A DNA stretch of 64,000 nt from an uncultured Actinomycetota bacterium (GTDB lineage Bacteria; Actinomycetota; Actinomycetes; JAHEKZ01), in the NCBI GenBank assembly GCA_963718235.1, contig CAVQYR010000001.1:544001-608000 (forward strand), given 5' to 3'. The stretch's first letter is position 1. Every line of letters starts with the position of its first letter. Below are positions 19,697 through 28,867 of the stretch, piece after piece. The notes beneath the pieces are model-generated. The model saw nothing but the letters and a program-made list of their open reading frames with translations, was not told where the DNA came from and ran no database searches. The position numbers were made by a program, and so were the translations under genes.

Positions 19697-20947
19697 TTGC
19701 CGGCGCCACGCACGCCCTTCGGGCCGGGGGTCACCAGTCCCCCGTTGCTGGTGGCCGTCGTCGCCGGCACGCGCACCCGGGTCAAGGCCCTCGAGCGCCT
19801 CCTCGCCCAGCCCGGCCTGGTGGTCTGCGGAAGCGCCCAGGACCCGGCCGGCGCCCAAGAGCTCGTCCTCACCTGCGCCCCGAGCGCCGTCCTGCTCGAC
19901 CTGGACCTGTGGAGCGGCGGCCTGGAGACCATCGAGCGGCTGATGGCGGTCCGGGCCACCCCCATCGTCGTGATCGGCGCGGCTGCCGAGCACCCGGAGG
20001 CGGCCATCGCGGCCGGGGCGGTCGACGTAGTCGGTGCGCTCGACGTCGCCCCGGGGACCCCTGAGTACGCCGAGGTCGTCATGCGCCACCTCAAGGTGGC
20101 CAGCCGGGTGCGGGTGATCACCCATCCGCGCGGTCGGCTGCGGGGTCGCGGCATGCCTTCCCCCCCGTTGGACGGCCCGCGCGCGGAGCCTACCGACGAG
20201 GCCGGTGGACCTCCCGTCAGCGAGCCAGCTGCTGCCCAGCGGACGGCCGCCGCACGCCCCCGGCCGGCCCCGGCGGACCTGGCACACCAGCGGCGGATTC
20301 GCGAGCTGGTGTCACCGCGTCCGCTGAACCCCAAGCGGGGACCGCGGTTGATCGCGATCGGCGCGTCGACCGGCGGCCCTCCGGCGCTGGCGACGGTCCT
20401 GACCGACTTTCCGGCCGACATGAGTGCCGCGGTGGTGATCGTCCAGCACATGGCGGAGGGCTTCGTCGAGGGGCTCGCCCGGTGGCTCGACGGGATCTGC
20501 GCGCTGCCGGTCATGGTCGCGGTCGAGGGGGAGCGGCTCCAGCCGGGCCAGGTCTACCTCGCCCCGGCCAACCAGAACCTGGTGGTCCGTCCCGGGTTCC
20601 GGGTGGGTCTGTCCGACCCGCCGCCGGGGCAGTACCACGTGCCCGGCGTCGACGTGACCTTCCGAAGCATCGCCTCGCTGTCCGGCGGCAACGCGGTCGG
20701 GGTGCTTCTGACCGGGATGGGCCGAGACGGCGCGGCCGGACTGCGCGTGCTGCGCGACGCCGGTGCCTTCACCATCGGCCAGGACGAGTCGACCTCGGTC
20801 GTGTGGGGGATGCCGGCCGCGGCCCAGGAGCTGGACGCGGTCGACCTCGAGCTGCCGCTGCCGGTGATCGGCTCGGCCGTGGTCGCTGCGGTCACCGAGC
20901 CTGTGGCGGCGCCCGACGCCGCCGCGGCCGTGGGAGGTCCCCGATGA
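19697..20947 (+). CDS. cheB: Chemotaxis methylesterase CheB with degenerate receiver domain
   Basis: GASTGG, VQHM, LTGMGRDG catalytic motifs; TTG start with GAGGAGG RBS. Confidence 0.9.
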   Translation: MPAPRTPFGPGVTSPPLLVAVVAGTRTRVKALERLLAQPGLVVCGSAQDPAGAQELVLTCAPSAVLLDLDLWSGGLETIERLMAVRATPIVVIGAAAEHPEAAIAAGAVDVVGALDVAPGTPEYAEVVMRHLKVASRVRVITHPRGRLRGRGMPSPPLDGPRAEPTDEAGGPPVSEPAAAQRTAAARPRPAPADLAHQRRIRELVSPRPLNPKRGPRLIAIGASTGGPPALATVLTDFPADMSAAVVIVQHMAEGFVEGLARWLDGICALPVMVAVEGERLQPGQVYLAPANQNLVVRPGFRVGLSDPPPGQYHVPGVDVTFRSIASLSGGNAVGVLLTGMGRDGAAGLRVLRDAGAFTIGQDESTSVVWGMPAAAQELDAVDLELPLPVIGSAVVAAVTEPVAAPDAAAAVGGPR

Positions 20948-22380
20948 CCGCCCGGATCCTCTCCGACGCCGAGTACGCGGCCGCGACCGACGCGCTGGTC
21001 GAGCTGGCCGGGCTCGTCTTCGACGACAGCCGCCGGGCCACGCTCAGCGCGATCGTCTTCGACCGGCTGCACACCGCCGGCTTCGCTGACGTCGCTCACT
21101 ACCTGGCGTACGTCCGCTCCACCGCGGGGGCGGCCGAGAAGCAGGTCCTGCTGGACGCCGTGACGATCCAGGAGACCCACTTCTTCCGCAACCTGCCGCA
21201 GATGGAGGCGCTGCGCCGCCAGATCCTGCCGGACCTGGTGAACCACGCGGCGAGTGCCCGTCGTCCGCTGACCATCTGGTCCGCCGGGTGCTCCACCGGT
21301 GAGGAGCCGTTCACCTTGGCCATGCTCGCCCTGGAGGCGGTCGCGTCCCGGCCGCAGGTTCCGGTGCGCATTCTCGGCTCGGACGTCTCGGCCTCGGCGT
21401 TGGCGGTCGCCAGCCAGGCCATCTACTCCGGACGCACGATCTCGCTGGCCGAACCGGGTGCCGTGGAGCGCTGGTTCGACCCGATGGGCGAAGGCGCCCT
21501 CCGGGTCAAGCGCGAGGTCCGCGACCTGGTGGAGTTCCGACTGCACAACCTCGTGACCGAACCTCCTCCGTTCTCGATGAACGAGATCGACCTGCTCGTG
21601 TGTCGCAACGTCACCATCTACTTCGCTCGCGAGACGACTCGACAGCTCGTGCACCGGTTCCACGGCGCCATGCGCGAAGGTGGCTACCTGGTGCTCGGCC
21701 ACGCCGAGACGCTGTGGCAGGTCTCCGACGCCTTCTCCCTCGTGCCCGTCGGCGAGGCGTTCGCGTACCGCCGGGAGTCGCGCCCCGTGCCGCGCGGGCG
21801 CACCGGCGTCCCGAACCCGCCCACGGCGCAGCGGGTCGAGCCGCGCCGGATTGGTCGCGGTCGGCTGAAGTCGCCCGTCCGGGTCGTGCGGCCGAAGGCG
21901 GCCGCGGTGCCGCCCGGGGGCACAGCGAGTGGCCTTCCGGCCGCGCGCGAGCTGTTGGCCGCCGGGCGCTACCCGGAGGCAGCGGCGCTCGCCGCGGCCG
22001 AGGTGGTCCACGACCCGTTGTCGGTGGAGGCGTACGTCATCCAGGGGCGCGCGTTGTCCAACACCGGTGACGACCTCGCGGCGCTGGACATGCTCCGCAA
22101 GGCGGTGTTCCTGGACCCCTCGGCCGGGCACGCGCACTTCCTGCTCGCGTCGACGCTGTCGAGGCTGGGCGACTCCGGGGCTGCGGCGCTGTCGTTCGCG
22201 GCAGCGGCCGAGACCCTGCCGATGGCGACGCCCCAGGCGCTGGCCGACCTGCTCGATGGTCGTGCGGTGTCGGATTTGGTAGACCTGTGCCGACAGCTGG
22301 CGGCGGCCTCCCGGCCCTCGTCGGACGAGTCGCCGACGACGTCTGGTGCGGCGACCCCAGCGGGACGGAGACGACGGTGA
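20944..22380 (+). CDS. cheR: Chemotaxis methyltransferase CheR with C-terminal TPR-like region
   Basis: TIQETHFFR, WSAGCSTGEEP, CRNVTIYF, GYLVLGHAE; tail LRKAVFLDPSAGHAHFLLA. Confidence 0.92.
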   Translation: MTARILSDAEYAAATDALVELAGLVFDDSRRATLSAIVFDRLHTAGFADVAHYLAYVRSTAGAAEKQVLLDAVTIQETHFFRNLPQMEALRRQILPDLVNHAASARRPLTIWSAGCSTGEEPFTLAMLALEAVASRPQVPVRILGSDVSASALAVASQAIYSGRTISLAEPGAVERWFDPMGEGALRVKREVRDLVEFRLHNLVTEPPPFSMNEIDLLVCRNVTIYFARETTRQLVHRFHGAMREGGYLVLGHAETLWQVSDAFSLVPVGEAFAYRRESRPVPRGRTGVPNPPTAQRVEPRRIGRGRLKSPVRVVRPKAAAVPPGGTASGLPAARELLAAGRYPEAAALAAAEVVHDPLSVEAYVIQGRALSNTGDDLAALDMLRKAVFLDPSAGHAHFLLASTLSRLGDSGAAALSFAAAAETLPMATPQALADLLDGRAVSDLVDLCRQLAAASRPSSDESPTTSGAATPAGRRRR

Positions 22381-22787
22381 GCGGCTTCATCACGTTCACG
22401 ATGAACGAGCGTGAGCTGGCCTGCCGGCTCGACGAGGTGCGCGAGGTGGTTCGGGCCGTGGGGATCGACTCCCTGCCCGGCACGCGAGCTCCCGTGAGCG
22501 GGGTCCTCGAGCTGCGCGGTGACCCCCTCCCGGTGGTCGACCTGCGCTCCAACGCCTACCCGGGTGAGACCGGCGACGTCCTGGTGCTGAACCCGGCGGT
22601 CAGCGGCTCGTACTGCGTGGCCGTCGACCAGGTGCTCGCCGTGCTCAGCGACGACGAGCTCGTGCCTGACCCGGCCGAACGGCCGGCCGGGCTGCCGCCG
22701 TACGTCATCGAGGTGCTGCGCGACCCCAAGGACCAGTCGCCGGTCCTGCTCGTCAACGTGCGTGTCCTCGCCGGCCTGGAGCTGTGA
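22377..22787 (+). CDS. cheW: CheW coupling protein
   Basis: VREVV, LPGTRAPVSGVLELRGDPLPVVDLR, VAVDQV. Confidence 0.85.
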   Translation: MSGFITFTMNERELACRLDEVREVVRAVGIDSLPGTRAPVSGVLELRGDPLPVVDLRSNAYPGETGDVLVLNPAVSGSYCVAVDQVLAVLSDDELVPDPAERPAGLPPYVIEVLRDPKDQSPVLLVNVRVLAGLEL

Positions 22788-23406
22788 GGAGCTCGAGCTC
22801 GAGCCCGAGCTCGAGCGCGGCTGCCCCACGCAGCTGGGCCAGCACAGCGGCCCTGGTCACACCGCTGTGGTGCAGCACGAGACGCAGGCACAGCCCGTCG
22901 ATCAGTGCGGTGAGCCTGGCTGCCGCCGTCGTCGGGTCGGCGCAGATGAACGCGCCTTCGTCGACGCCGCGGACGATGAGCTCGCGCAGGGTCGTCGACC
23001 AGGTGGCGTCGAGGTCCTCGTGCACCCGACGGACGGCCTCGTTGCGCAGACCGGCCGACCAGGCGTCGACCCACAGCACCCAGCCGTCGCGTGAGCCGCT
23101 GGAGGGGATCGCCGCTCGCAGCAGCCGGTCGAGCTGTTCCTGCGGATCGCCGGGGGCCGACACGGCCCGGCGCAGCCGCCGGGTGTCGGCATCGGCGAGG
23201 TGGTGCATCGTGGCCGTGACCAGAGAGTCCTTGGTCGGGAAGTAGTAGTGCACCAGGCCATGGCTGATCCCGACCCGGTCAGCGATGTCGGTGACCCGGG
23301 TCTCGGTGAGCCCACGCTCGACGACGACCTCGGCCGCGGCGTCCAGGATGGCGCTGCGCCGCTGGTCGGGAGCCACTCGTCGACGCCGCTGGTTGGTCGT
23401 TGACAC
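22753..23406 (-). CDS. TetR-family regulator (BetI-like C-terminus)
   Basis: HTH DIADRVGISHGLVHYYFPTKDSL; GVDEGAF, LTALIDGL. Confidence 0.92.
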   Translation of the reverse strand: MSTTNQRRRRVAPDQRRSAILDAAAEVVVERGLTETRVTDIADRVGISHGLVHYYFPTKDSLVTATMHHLADADTRRLRRAVSAPGDPQEQLDRLLRAAIPSSGSRDGWVLWVDAWSAGLRNEAVRRVHEDLDATWSTTLRELIVRGVDEGAFICADPTTAAARLTALIDGLCLRLVLHHSGVTRAAVLAQLRGAAALELGLELELLTAPGRRGHAR

Positions 23407-23423
23407 CGGCCTACCGTACCCTC

Positions 23424-23443
23424 TTGACTGACTCGCCAGTCAA
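23424..23443. promoter_or_regulatory. Putative TetR operator
   Basis: Perfect palindrome TTGACTG-ACTCGC-CAGTCAA in the 49-bp divergent gap, abutting -10-like TAACGT. Confidence 0.75.
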
Positions 23444-23455
23444 TAACGTGGAGCG

Positions 23456-24625
23456 ATGATGCCTTCCGACCTGCCCGTAGAGCTCGTGGCGCTGTCCGAC
23501 GAGCAGCGTGCCGTACGCGACCTGTGTCGAGACTTCGCCCTGGAGGTCATCCGCCCGGTGGCCCGGGAGGTCGACGAGGCCGACGTCGAGGTCCCGCTGG
23601 CCGTGTGGGAGAAGGCCGCCGAGGTCGGCATCACCTCGTTCATGCTGCCCGAGGAGTACGGCGGGGGCGGGGTGACCGACGTCTTCACCCAGTGCATCGC
23701 CCAGGAGCAGCTCACCTATGGCGACATCGCGATCGGCAACCTGGTCACGTCCAACGGGTTCTACGCCGACCCGATCCTGGAGATCGGCACCGACGAGCAG
23801 AAGCAGCGGTTCCTCAGTCCGCTGTGCGATCCGCTGCCGCCGTTCACCGCGCTGGCGACCACCGAGCCGGAGTTCGGTTCCGACGCCGGCGGCATCCAGA
23901 CGCGGGCTGTCCGGGACGGGGACGGCTATCGGATCACCGGGCGCAAGACTTGGATCTCCAACGGAGGGCTCGCCAGCAGCTACGTCGTGTTCGCGACGGT
24001 CGACAGCAGCCTGCGGTCGCGGGGGATCACGGCGTTCGTCGTCGATGCCGAGTCGCCCGGTCTCAGCACGGGTGAGCCGTTCCGCAAGATGGGTCAGCGA
24101 GCCATCCGCAACACCGAGCTCGTGCTCGACGACGTCGTCGTGCCGGTGGAGAACCGGCTCGGGGACGAGGGCCAGGGGTTCTCCGGGCTGATGCGCACCT
24201 TCGACATCTCCCGGGTGATCCTGGGCGCGGCGACCACGGGGCTGGCCCAGGCCGCACTGGACACCGCGGTCGAGTACGCCACGCAGCGCGAGCAGTTCGG
24301 GAAGCCGATCATCGAGCACCAGGCGGTCGGGTTCCGGCTGGCCGACGTGGCCACGAGGGTCGAGGCCAGCCGGCTGCTGACCTGGCGGGCGGCCAAGCGG
24401 CTGGATGCCGGGCTCGACGCGACCAAGGAGGCCGCGATGGCCAAGCTCTTCGGTTCGGAGACGGCGATGTTCGCCACCTGGGCCGCGGTGCAGACGTTGG
24501 GCGGCTGGGGCTACAGCCGGGAGTTCCTGGTCGAGAAGTGGATGCGGGACGCCAAGCTCGAGGAGATCGAAGAGGGGACGTCGGACATCCAGCGGCTCAT
24601 CATCAGCCGGCGCCTGGCCGGATGA
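23456..24625 (+). CDS. Acyl-CoA dehydrogenase
   Basis: TTEPEFGSD, KTWISNG, REQFGKPI, LGGWGY, EEGTSDIQR. Confidence 0.94.
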   Translation: MMPSDLPVELVALSDEQRAVRDLCRDFALEVIRPVAREVDEADVEVPLAVWEKAAEVGITSFMLPEEYGGGGVTDVFTQCIAQEQLTYGDIAIGNLVTSNGFYADPILEIGTDEQKQRFLSPLCDPLPPFTALATTEPEFGSDAGGIQTRAVRDGDGYRITGRKTWISNGGLASSYVVFATVDSSLRSRGITAFVVDAESPGLSTGEPFRKMGQRAIRNTELVLDDVVVPVENRLGDEGQGFSGLMRTFDISRVILGAATTGLAQAALDTAVEYATQREQFGKPIIEHQAVGFRLADVATRVEASRLLTWRAAKRLDAGLDATKEAAMAKLFGSETAMFATWAAVQTLGGWGYSREFLVEKWMRDAKLEEIEEGTSDIQRLIISRRLAG

Positions 24626-24658
24626 GTGAGCCCGATGAGTGAGCCCGTGAGTGAGCCC
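24622..24658 (+). repeat. Three tandem RTGAGTGAGCCC units at a stop/start junction
   Basis: ATGAGTGAGCCC-G-ATGAGTGAGCCC-GTGAGTGAGCCC. Confidence 0.8.
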
Positions 24659-26704
24659 GGCTCGCGACCCGCGGTCGAGGCGCTGTTCGCCCCGAACAGC
24701 CTCGCCGTCGTCGGCGCCTCCGGCGACCCGTCGAAGTGGGGCTACTGGCTCGCGCGGGGCGCGCTCGAAGGACGCGGACGGCGCACGGTGCACCTGGTGA
24801 ACCGCAAGGCCGAGGCGGTGCTCGGGGAGCCCACGGTCGCCGCGCTGAGCGACCTGGACGTGGTGCCAGAACTGGTCGTGGTCGCCGTCCCGGCGGGGGG
24901 CTACGAGGCGGTCGTCGACGAAGCGCTGGCCGCAGGGGCCAGGGCCCTGGTCGGAGTCACCGCCGGAGTCGACCCGGATCGAAGCCGCGCGATCGGACGC
25001 CGGGTGCGCGAGGCCGGCGCCGTCCTGCTGGGACCCAACTGCATGGGCGTCGCAGACACCCATGCCCAGCTGCGACTCGTGTGGGGTGACCTGCCGTCCG
25101 GGTCGATCGCGCTGCTGAGCCAGAGTGGGAACCTGGCGATCGAGCTCGGCAAGCTGGCCGCCCACGAAGGGCTCGGGTTCTCCCGCTTCGCCTCCCTGGG
25201 CAACGAGCACGATCTCACCGCAGCCGACCTGCTCGAGACCGTGGCGGCAGACCCCCAGACCAAGGTGGTGGCGCTGTACCTGGAGGACTTCACCCGGGTC
25301 CGTGGCCTGGCCGAGGCGGCTCACCGGTGCGTCGAGTCGGGCACCCCGGTCGCCCTGCTGGCGGCCGGTCGCTCGGAGGTCGCCCGACGCGCGGCCGCCA
25401 GCCACACCGGCGCGCTGGCCGGCTCCCGGGCAGCGATCGAGGCGGCCTGCCGCGCCTCGGGCATCGCCCTGGTCGACACGCCCGCCGAGCTGATCGACGT
25501 GGCCCACGCGCTGACCGCGCGGGGCCGGCTCCAGGGCCGCACCGTCGGAGTCGTCGGCGACGGAGGCGGGCACGGTGTGGTCGCTGCCGACCTGGCCTCG
25601 ACCGCGGGCTTCACCCTGCCCGTGTTCACCGACGACGTGCAGCGGGAGGTGCTGGCCACCCTTCCGCCGATGGCCACCGCCGCGAACCCGGTCGACCTCG
25701 CCGGGGGTGGCGAGCAGGACCACATGAACTACGCGCGCACGGTAGGCGTCGTCCTGGCCTCCGGGGCGGTCGACGCGGCGGTCCTCACGGGGTACTTCGG
25801 CGCGTACGGCACCGACGAGCCGCGGCTGGCCGGGCGCGAGGTGGAGGTGGCCCTGGCGCTAGCCGATGCGGTGGCCGACACCGGCCGCCCGGCCCTGGTC
25901 CACTCGGTGGCGCCGGACAGCCCGACGTCGTCGGTGCTGCGCGACTCGGGGGTGCCGGTGCTGCGACGGATCGAGGGTGCCGTGGCCGGGCTGGGCGGGC
26001 TCGCGGCGGTCGCCGAGCGAACCGGGGTGCCACCCGTGCCCGCCCCCGACGACGTCGTGCCGTCCGGCGACGCGTACGTCGTGGCCCGGGCCCTGTGTGT
26101 GGAGGCCGGAGTGGCCTTCCCGCGGGCGGAGTTCGTGCCCGACGTCGACGAGGCGGTTGCGGCCGCCGAACGGATCGGGTTCCCCGTGGTGCTCAAAGCG
26201 CTCGGCCTGGCCCACAAGTCCGACGTGGGCGGGGTGAAGCTCGGGCTGACCGACGCGTCCTCCGTGCGCGACGCGTACACCGACGTGGTGACCCGGCTGG
26301 GGCAGCGGCCGGTCGTCGTCGAGGCGATGGCCTCGGCTCGCGGCGTCGAGCTCATCGTCGGTGCCCGGCACGACCTGGGGGCAGGTCCGATCGTGCTGGT
26401 GGGTCTGGGCGGGGTCCAGGCCGAGGTGAGTGGCGACGTCGTGGTCGGGCTCGGGCCGGTCGACCGGGCCGGGGCGTTGGCCATGCTGACCCGACTGCGT
26501 GGACTGCCTCTGCTCACCGGGTTTCGCGGCTCGGCGCCGGTCGACCTCGATGCAGTGGCTGACGTCGTGGCCGCGGTGTCCTCGGTTCTCGCCCGACACC
26601 CGGAGATCGACGCGCTCGAGCTGAACCCGGTGCTGGCCAGTGCCGAGGGTGCCGTCGCGCTGGACGCCCACCTCGAGTGGGCGACCGAGCACGGGGCTCC
26701 GTGA
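24635..26704 (+). CDS. ADP-forming acyl-CoA synthetase (acetate--CoA ligase family, CoA-binding + ATP-grasp)
   Basis: AVVGAS, LGPNCMG, SQSG, AASHTGALAG, NPVDL, HKSDVGGV, ELNP; start uncertain among 24626/24635/24647. Confidence 0.9.
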   Translation: MSEPVSEPGSRPAVEALFAPNSLAVVGASGDPSKWGYWLARGALEGRGRRTVHLVNRKAEAVLGEPTVAALSDLDVVPELVVVAVPAGGYEAVVDEALAAGARALVGVTAGVDPDRSRAIGRRVREAGAVLLGPNCMGVADTHAQLRLVWGDLPSGSIALLSQSGNLAIELGKLAAHEGLGFSRFASLGNEHDLTAADLLETVAADPQTKVVALYLEDFTRVRGLAEAAHRCVESGTPVALLAAGRSEVARRAAASHTGALAGSRAAIEAACRASGIALVDTPAELIDVAHALTARGRLQGRTVGVVGDGGGHGVVAADLASTAGFTLPVFTDDVQREVLATLPPMATAANPVDLAGGGEQDHMNYARTVGVVLASGAVDAAVLTGYFGAYGTDEPRLAGREVEVALALADAVADTGRPALVHSVAPDSPTSSVLRDSGVPVLRRIEGAVAGLGGLAAVAERTGVPPVPAPDDVVPSGDAYVVARALCVEAGVAFPRAEFVPDVDEAVAAAERIGFPVVLKALGLAHKSDVGGVKLGLTDASSVRDAYTDVVTRLGQRPVVVEAMASARGVELIVGARHDLGAGPIVLVGLGGVQAEVSGDVVVGLGPVDRAGALAMLTRLRGLPLLTGFRGSAPVDLDAVADVVAAVSSVLARHPEIDALELNPVLASAEGAVALDAHLEWATEHGAP

Positions 26705-27513
26705 TGGGCGCTCGTTTCGTCGGCCGGACCGCGCTCGTGACCGGAGGAGGCACGGGCATCGGACGCGCCGTCGCCGAGCGACTCGCGCTCGAAGGTGCCC
26801 GGGTCGTCGTCGCGAGCCGCAACCGCGAGCACCTCGATCCCACGGTCGACGCGCTGCGCGCGCTCGGTGCCGACGCTGACTCGGTGGCACTGGACGTCCG
26901 CGACGCGGCTGCCGTCGCCGACGCCTTCGACCGGGTCGAGCGACACTTCGGTGGGGTCGACCTGCTGGTCAACAACGCGGCGGGGAACTTCGTCGTCCCG
27001 AGCGAGGACCTGTCGCCGAACGGATGGCGTTCGGTGCTCGACATCGTCGCCACCGGGAGCTTCCAGTGCACCCGGGAGTTCGGACGGCGACGGATCGCTG
27101 CGCAGCGGCCCGGCGCGGTGCTCAGCGTCATCGCGACCTATGCGTGGACGGGCCACCCCGGCGTGGTGCACAGCGCCGCGGCCAAGGCCGCTGTCTTGTC
27201 GATGACCCGGACCCTTGCCGTGGAGTGGGCCCGCTTCGGCCTGCGGCTCAACTGCGTGGCTCCCGGCCCGACCGAGACCGAAGGAGCCGGTCGCGCGTTG
27301 TGGGCCGACGAGGCAACCCGCGAGCGGATCCTGGCGAGTGTCCCGGCGGCGCGGTTCGCCACACCCGAGGAGATCGCGGCCGCGGCCGCCTTCCTGCTGA
27401 GTGACGACGCCGCCTACGTCACAGGCGAGGTGCTGGTCGTCGACGGTGGCCAGTCGCTCGGCGAGCAGGTGTACGGAGACGACGTGACCCACGCGACCGG
27501 GGTGTCGTCGTGA
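26704..27513 (+). CDS. SDR, 2,4-dienoyl-CoA reductase-like
   Basis: TGGGTGIG, NNAAGNF, LSPNGW, HSAAAKA (no catalytic Tyr, as in DECR/FadH type). Confidence 0.85.
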   Translation: MGARFVGRTALVTGGGTGIGRAVAERLALEGARVVVASRNREHLDPTVDALRALGADADSVALDVRDAAAVADAFDRVERHFGGVDLLVNNAAGNFVVPSEDLSPNGWRSVLDIVATGSFQCTREFGRRRIAAQRPGAVLSVIATYAWTGHPGVVHSAAAKAAVLSMTRTLAVEWARFGLRLNCVAPGPTETEGAGRALWADEATRERILASVPAARFATPEEIAAAAAFLLSDDAAYVTGEVLVVDGGQSLGEQVYGDDVTHATGVSS

Positions 27514-28253
27514 CCGAAGCCACTGCGGCACCGGAGTCGTTGCTCGTTCGGCGTGACGGAGACGTCGTCGTGCTGACGTTCAACCGGCCCGAGCGCCGTA
27601 ACGCACTGGACCGCACGATGTTCGGCGCGCTGAGCGACCAGCTGCGGGCTGCCGACCGGGACCAGACAGTCGGTGCCATCGTGCTGAGCGGGGCACCACC
27701 GGCGTTCTGCGCAGGGGCGGACCTGGACGAGCTGAAGACGCTCAGTGACGACGATCCGCGCGCCCTCGGCCCGGTGTTCGAGGAGCTGCTCGACACACTG
27801 GCCACGATTTCGGTGCCTCTGGTCGCGGCTGTCGATGGCGCCGCTGTGGGCCTCGGCGCCACGCTCCTGCTGCACTGCGATGTCGTTGTCGCAGGTGACT
27901 CGGCCCGCCTCCGGTTTCCGTTCGTCGCCCTGGGGGTCACGGTCGAGGCGGGGGCCGGCGCGCTGCTTCCGTCGCTCGTGGGTGCCCAGCAAGCCGCTCG
28001 TCTCCTGCTGACCGCCTGCTGGGTCGATGCCGACGAGGGGCGCGAGCTGGGGCTGGTCACCCTGAGAGCGCCGGCTGCCCTCCCGGCGGCGGTCGAGCTC
28101 GCACAGTCCGTCGCGGCGCAGCCGCGCGAGGCGGTCCGCACGACTCGGCAGCTGCTGGCCGCGCTGCGGCGGCCGTCGGTCGAAGCGGCTCGGGTCGAGG
28201 AGCGCGAGGCGTGGTCCCGGCTGCAGAACCGTCGTCCGCACGATCCGCGGTAG
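27510..28253 (+). CDS. Enoyl-CoA hydratase/isomerase
   Basis: NRPERRNAL, FCAGADL, AVDGAAVGLG, PFVALG. Confidence 0.88.
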   Translation: MTEATAAPESLLVRRDGDVVVLTFNRPERRNALDRTMFGALSDQLRAADRDQTVGAIVLSGAPPAFCAGADLDELKTLSDDDPRALGPVFEELLDTLATISVPLVAAVDGAAVGLGATLLLHCDVVVAGDSARLRFPFVALGVTVEAGAGALLPSLVGAQQAARLLLTACWVDADEGRELGLVTLRAPAALPAAVELAQSVAAQPREAVRTTRQLLAALRRPSVEAARVEEREAWSRLQNRRPHDPR

Positions 28254-28279
28254 GAGCCACCCCGCCTAGGCTGGAGCCC

Positions 28280-28825
28280 GTGCAGCGCGTTCTCGTCGGA
28301 GGGATCTCCGGCTGCGGGAAGACCACGTTGGCCCGAGAGCTGGCGCGGCGCACCGGGCTGCCGTACCACGAGATGGATGCGTACTACCACGGTCCAGGGT
28401 GGGTGCCGATCCCGTCGTTCGTGTCCGACATCGCTGCGATCGTCGAGCAACCCGCGTGGGTGTTCGACTCGCACGGCTACGCCCAGGTCAGGGAGCTCGT
28501 CTGGTCCAGGGCCGACACCGTCGTGTGGCTGGACTACTCCCGGTCGGTGGTGGTCCGGCGGGTCGTACGACGGTCGGCGAGGCGCGCGCTCACCGGCGAG
28601 CCGACCTTCAACGGCAACACGGAGACACTTCGAGCGTGGCTCGACCCGGAGCACCCAGTGCAGTGGGCGGTTCGCAACTACCGCCGTCGGCGCGAGGTGA
28701 TGTGGCAGGGCTTCACCGAACCGCGGTTCGACCACGTCCGTCGGGTGCGGATCACCCGACCCGAGGCCGCCCAGATCTGGCTGGACCACGTCGCACCACC
28801 AGTGGGCGTGCCCTCGCGGCCGTAG
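28280..28825 (+). CDS. P-loop nucleotide kinase-like protein (adenylate kinase/FlaR-like)
   Basis: GISGCGKTT, EMDAYYHGPGW, ADTVVWLDY. Confidence 0.8.
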   Translation: MQRVLVGGISGCGKTTLARELARRTGLPYHEMDAYYHGPGWVPIPSFVSDIAAIVEQPAWVFDSHGYAQVRELVWSRADTVVWLDYSRSVVVRRVVRRSARRALTGEPTFNGNTETLRAWLDPEHPVQWAVRNYRRRREVMWQGFTEPRFDHVRRVRITRPEAAQIWLDHVAPPVGVPSRP

Positions 28826-28867
28826 CGCAGAACCCAGTAGGTGCTCTGTGCGCTGCCTCTCGGCCGC

